From Fonticula alba ATCC 38817 (taxonomy: Eukaryota; Protista; Nucleariida): a DNA stretch of 23,550 nucleotides. The notes under the pieces were generated by a model. That model was not told the origin of the DNA. It made no database searches and was given only the letters and a program-made list of their open reading frames with translations. Numbering within the stretch: the stretch's first letter is position 1; the number at the start of each line of letters is the position of its first letter. A program made the position numbers and the translations under genes. Shown piece after piece: positions 21,388 through 23,550 of the stretch. Location of the stretch: assembly GCA_000388065.2 (NCBI GenBank), contig KB932202.1, one strand, 5' to 3'.

Positions 21388-22966
21388 TTAGTCCTCGACG
21401 ACCTGCTCAAGGCCCTCGGCGTCGGAGGCGGCCAGGCGGGCGATGCGCATCTGGGTGAGCAGGTTGCGCGCGGCCTTGGAGTGGCGCTGCACACCGCCAT
21501 TGAAGGCGATGGTGGTGTCCTTGCCGACCTTATCGACCAGGACCTCCGCACCGCCGGGGTGCTTGTCGAAGAAGTCCGCCACGTCATGGACCATGGCGTC
21601 GATGACCATCAGCTGGCGGCCCTTGCGCACCTCGGCGTCGAAGGTGGCCTTGGTCCAGAGGGGGAGAGTCTGAGGGCGATAGGGGGGGGGTGAGAAAAGA
21701 CCTGGCCAGGGGGGGGGGGACATATGAAAAGGGAGGGGGGTGGGGCATGGATGAAGACATACCTCCGGGTCGACACCCCAGCTGATCTCGGAGCGGGTCT
21801 GGTCGTAGATGGCCTGCAGGGCATCCAGCTTCTGGGTGAGGATCTCGGCATCGGGCTTCTGCTTGATGTCCACGGCCAGGCCCAGAGCGGCCAGGACCCA
21901 GACAATGATGGAGACCAGGTCCAGCTGGCCGGGCAGAGCCCCAGCGCGATGGTCATCCGGGTGGGCATGGTGGAAGTTGAGGAAGTTCTCGCCGAAGGTC
22001 AGGACGTTGGCCACCAGGTTGTCGAACCCGGCGTTCGGGCCGAAGAGCTGGGCCTCGCCGAAGGTCCGAGCCAGGGCGCTGGCGAACCAGTTCACCAGGC
22101 TGAAGAGGACCATGCGGACGATGCCGGCATAGAAGATGCCGCCCTGGGTACGAGAGGAGGGACGGGGACGGGGACGGGGGGGGGGCGGGGGGGGCACCAT
22201 CGAATGTCAGTCACCGGAGCCCCATCCGAGCCCCAGCGGAGGGAGACCCTATAACCATGACCAATGATGAATCCGGCAAAATGGCAGGGCCACGCGCGAT
22301 GGGCGCGAGCAGCCGGGCGATCGGACGCACGATGAGATCGCCCCAAGTGGCGGCGACGAGGCCCGGCAGGAGAACACCGAAGGCCAGCGACAGGATGGGG
22401 AACATGGCAAGCTGCAGGGCCACCATGCCGTCGACCTCCAGGTCGGACACCGAGACATTGGCCGGAGCCGGGGTCGTCCGGCCCAGGGGGCCCAGCAGGG
22501 CCGAGCGCACAAAGCCAGCCTTGGCATTCAGCGGGTCGGCCTCGGTGTTGGCATGAGCGTGGTGCACCCGATGGCGGAGAGCCCAGTCGATGGCCGGGCC
22601 CTCGAAGGCATTGGCCGCGCCGAAGCCCAGCAACAGGAGCTTCACCAGCGGAGTGGACACGCGCACATTCCGGTGCGCGGCCATCCGATGGTACCCGAGG
22701 TAGTGGCCAATGTGCCCGAGGAGGTACATCCCCCCGGCCAGGGCCAGGGTCTTGCAGTGGGCGTCAGGGGCCAGGCCGAGGTACGGGGCGGCCAGCGTGC
22801 CGGCCGCCGTCGCGGCAAACAGGCCCGCCCGCAGCGGGTCGATCACGAAGGTGGCCGGCTTGGCGCTGGCGGCGGCCTTGCTGCCACCGGCGGGGGTGGC
22901 CTTAGAAGGGGGCGGGGCTACGGAGGAAGCGCCCTGCTCCGCGGCGAAGGACTTCGAGGCGGCCAT
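21388..22966 (-). CDS. OLE1/SCD-type Delta9 acyl-CoA desaturase homologue with C-terminal cytochrome b5 domain and an altered metal site, 432 aa; exons 22966-22331, 22143-21763, 21669-21388
   Basis: His box 1 HRMAAH (22690-22673), box 2 HRVHH (22573-22559), WGDLI|GGIFYAGIVR junction, TFGENFLNFHH, AALGLA. The b5 domain has HPGG and FNGGVQRHSKAARNLL, as in fungal Ole1. Two phase-0 GT-AG introns. Confidence 0.9.
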
Positions 22967-23052
22967 GATGGGGGGGGGGGGGGGGGGGAGCTGTGGGATG
23001 CGCCGACATCGCGTGTGCGCAAGGGGGAGGGGAGATTAGCGCCGGATGGGCG

Positions 23053-23085
<33 letters not shown>

Positions 23086-23464
23086 CGCGCGCGCGTATGT
23101 ACATGGATGGGGGACGCACCTGGTCTCTCCGGGCAGATCTCAAGCCTGGAGGGGGACGGGGGAGAGGGGGGGGAGGGGGACAGGCGAGGGAGGGGAGGGG
23201 GAAGGGCCAACGAGCACTGATCTGTGGTCCTCGGGGGGGGGGATAACGGGAGCCTTGACCGGACAGCCCGAGGAGCGGGCGCGGAAAAAGGTCGGTCAGC
23301 ACACAGGGAGACAGGACGTGCTGTTGGCCTGCCCCCGCGCCCCTCTCTCCCCGAGAGGCAGTGGCCACACCCGCAGGTAGGCGCGTGTGGCGGGGGGCGA
23401 GGGCCGTGGCGGAGGGGGGGGCGGAGTAACATGCTGTCGGTCCTACACGCTCGGGACAAGGACG

Positions 23465-23466
<2 letters not shown>

Positions 23467-23518
<52 letters not shown>
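23467..23518. repeat. Poly-C tract, 52 nt
   Basis: Read directly. Confidence 0.92.
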
Positions 23519-23550
23519 TGTGTGCGGGGGTGTGTTGCAGATGAGAAAGC

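Noticed and set aside
22144-22330. Non-repetitive sequence in desaturase intron 1 considered as a snoRNA
   Set aside because: No matched C/D pair or H box on the sense strand; the ATGATGA is on the antisense strand with no box D. An Infernal/Rfam scan would settle it.

Overview
This is eukaryotic, very GC-rich, intron-containing genomic DNA with four assembly gaps. The style (GTRCGY donors, C-run and microsatellite-filled introns) suggests a protist such as Fonticula; that is an unverified inference. The long ORFs in the track are mostly shadow or read-through frames. Splicing by hand gives seven genes with 21 complete introns: (1) a 5'-truncated type-B carboxylesterase with a C-terminal membrane anchor and KKxx tail (+); (2) COX20 (+); (3) a DCAF4/WDR21-like WD40 protein (-); (4) a compact RBM26/27-like PWI + 2xRRM protein (+); (5) a CAMK-group kinase with a very large activation-segment insert (-); (6) a two-RRM SR splicing factor with an Arg-Asp-Tyr repeat tail (-); (7) an OLE1/SCD-type Delta9 desaturase-cytochrome b5 fusion (-). 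The strongest finding is the desaturase. It keeps His boxes 1 and 2 and the b5 haem ligands but has replaced three conserved metal-site residues (equivalents of SCD1 N265, H269, H298), which appear to serve the same one of the two metal ions. Other leads: none of the 21 predicted donors has A at +4; the SR gene shows candidate unproductive-splicing signals; and about 3.5 kb (13.9-17.5 kb) carries splice-like signals but no assemblable gene. No mobile element, CRISPR array or structured RNA gene was recognised.
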